A stretch of 33,303 nucleotides of DNA. It comes from Octopus bimaculoides. Taxonomy: Eukaryota. The position numbers and the translations under genes were made by a program. The notes under the pieces were generated by a model, which worked only from the letters and a program-made list of their open reading frames with translations, searched no databases and was not told the origin of the DNA. This document shows, in pieces, positions 32,903 through 33,303 of this stretch (its first letter is position 1; each line of letters starts with the position of its first letter). Where the stretch lies: contig NC_068992.1 of NCBI RefSeq assembly GCF_001194135.2, positions 17,943,488 through 17,976,790 on the forward strand, read 5' to 3'.

Positions 32903-33303
32903 AACTAGCAGTATAACCCGGCGCTGCTCGGGATTAAGATAGGATTATTAAATGATTAAGTCCTTTATTTCAAACCAAAATAAGCAACATCGACATCAGA
33001 TTTGAGCGAAATCCGTTGAAATTGGTTTGGCTGAAAATGGTTTGCTGGCAATTTGATTAGGAAATCCCATAAGGAATCAGTTTATTGGTTATTTTCACTT
33101 ATTGACACTTTTTTTAAATGTTGCATTAGAGATCTGCATAGGAGAAGGTTGATCTGAAGGTTTGCATTGGGGATCTGGATTGGAGTAACTTAGGAAAGCT
33201 TACCAACAACCGTAACCAAAAAATAAGGAGCCTGTCCCTTCTATGTTAACTCTAACCCTAACCCTAACTCTGACCCTAAAACCGTAACCGTAACCCTAAC
33301 CCT
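32903..33303 (+). mobile_element. Probable non-autonomous Helitron/Helentron-like element, truncated by the window edge
   Basis: Starts ACTAG(N8)CCCGGCGCTGCTCGGG, a subterminal GC hairpin at 32917-32932. Has a CAGATTTGAGCGAAATCCGTTG body motif and an internal degenerate (TAACCC)n from ~33248. The far end is not visible. Confidence 0.5.

Noticed and set aside
33248-33303. True telomere
   Set aside because: The repeats are degenerate and the C-rich strand runs toward the right edge, the wrong polarity for a right-hand chromosome end. An element-internal tract is more likely.
1-33303. CRISPR arrays, operons, rRNA or prokaryotic defence systems
   Set aside because: No regularly spaced repeat-spacer array, no gene-dense region and no rRNA motifs; the sequence is clearly eukaryotic repeat-rich DNA.

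Overview
Repeat-dense eukaryotic non-coding DNA from a gapped draft assembly (10 N-gaps, about 4.3 kb or 13%, most flanked by microsatellites). The SINE families look like those I recall from coleoid cephalopods, probably Octopus; this is an inference from repeat motifs, not a database hit. I found no intact protein-coding gene; nearly all long ORFs in the track are microsatellite or N-gap artefacts. The best-supported features are: (1) a 5'-truncated, decayed R4/Dong-type LINE (RT C-terminus, CCHC knuckle, PD-(D/E)xK endonuclease) at 18653-19885(-), stacked with a ~550-bp non-coding element and a SINE in one (ATT)n tract; (2) a mariner remnant made of two inverted 5' ends (22769-23637); (3) a CR1/L2-like RT remnant split by a SINE with a target-site duplication; (4) about 20 SINE copies from several tRNA-derived families, including head-to-tail dimers and module-swapped chimeras; (5) a probable non-autonomous Helitron-like element running off the right edge. 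Several splice-signal-bounded candidate exons suggest the window may be intronic or 5'-UTR territory of a host transcript, but these are low-confidence. SINE family labels A-D are my own working names. I found no convincing novel multi-gene system.
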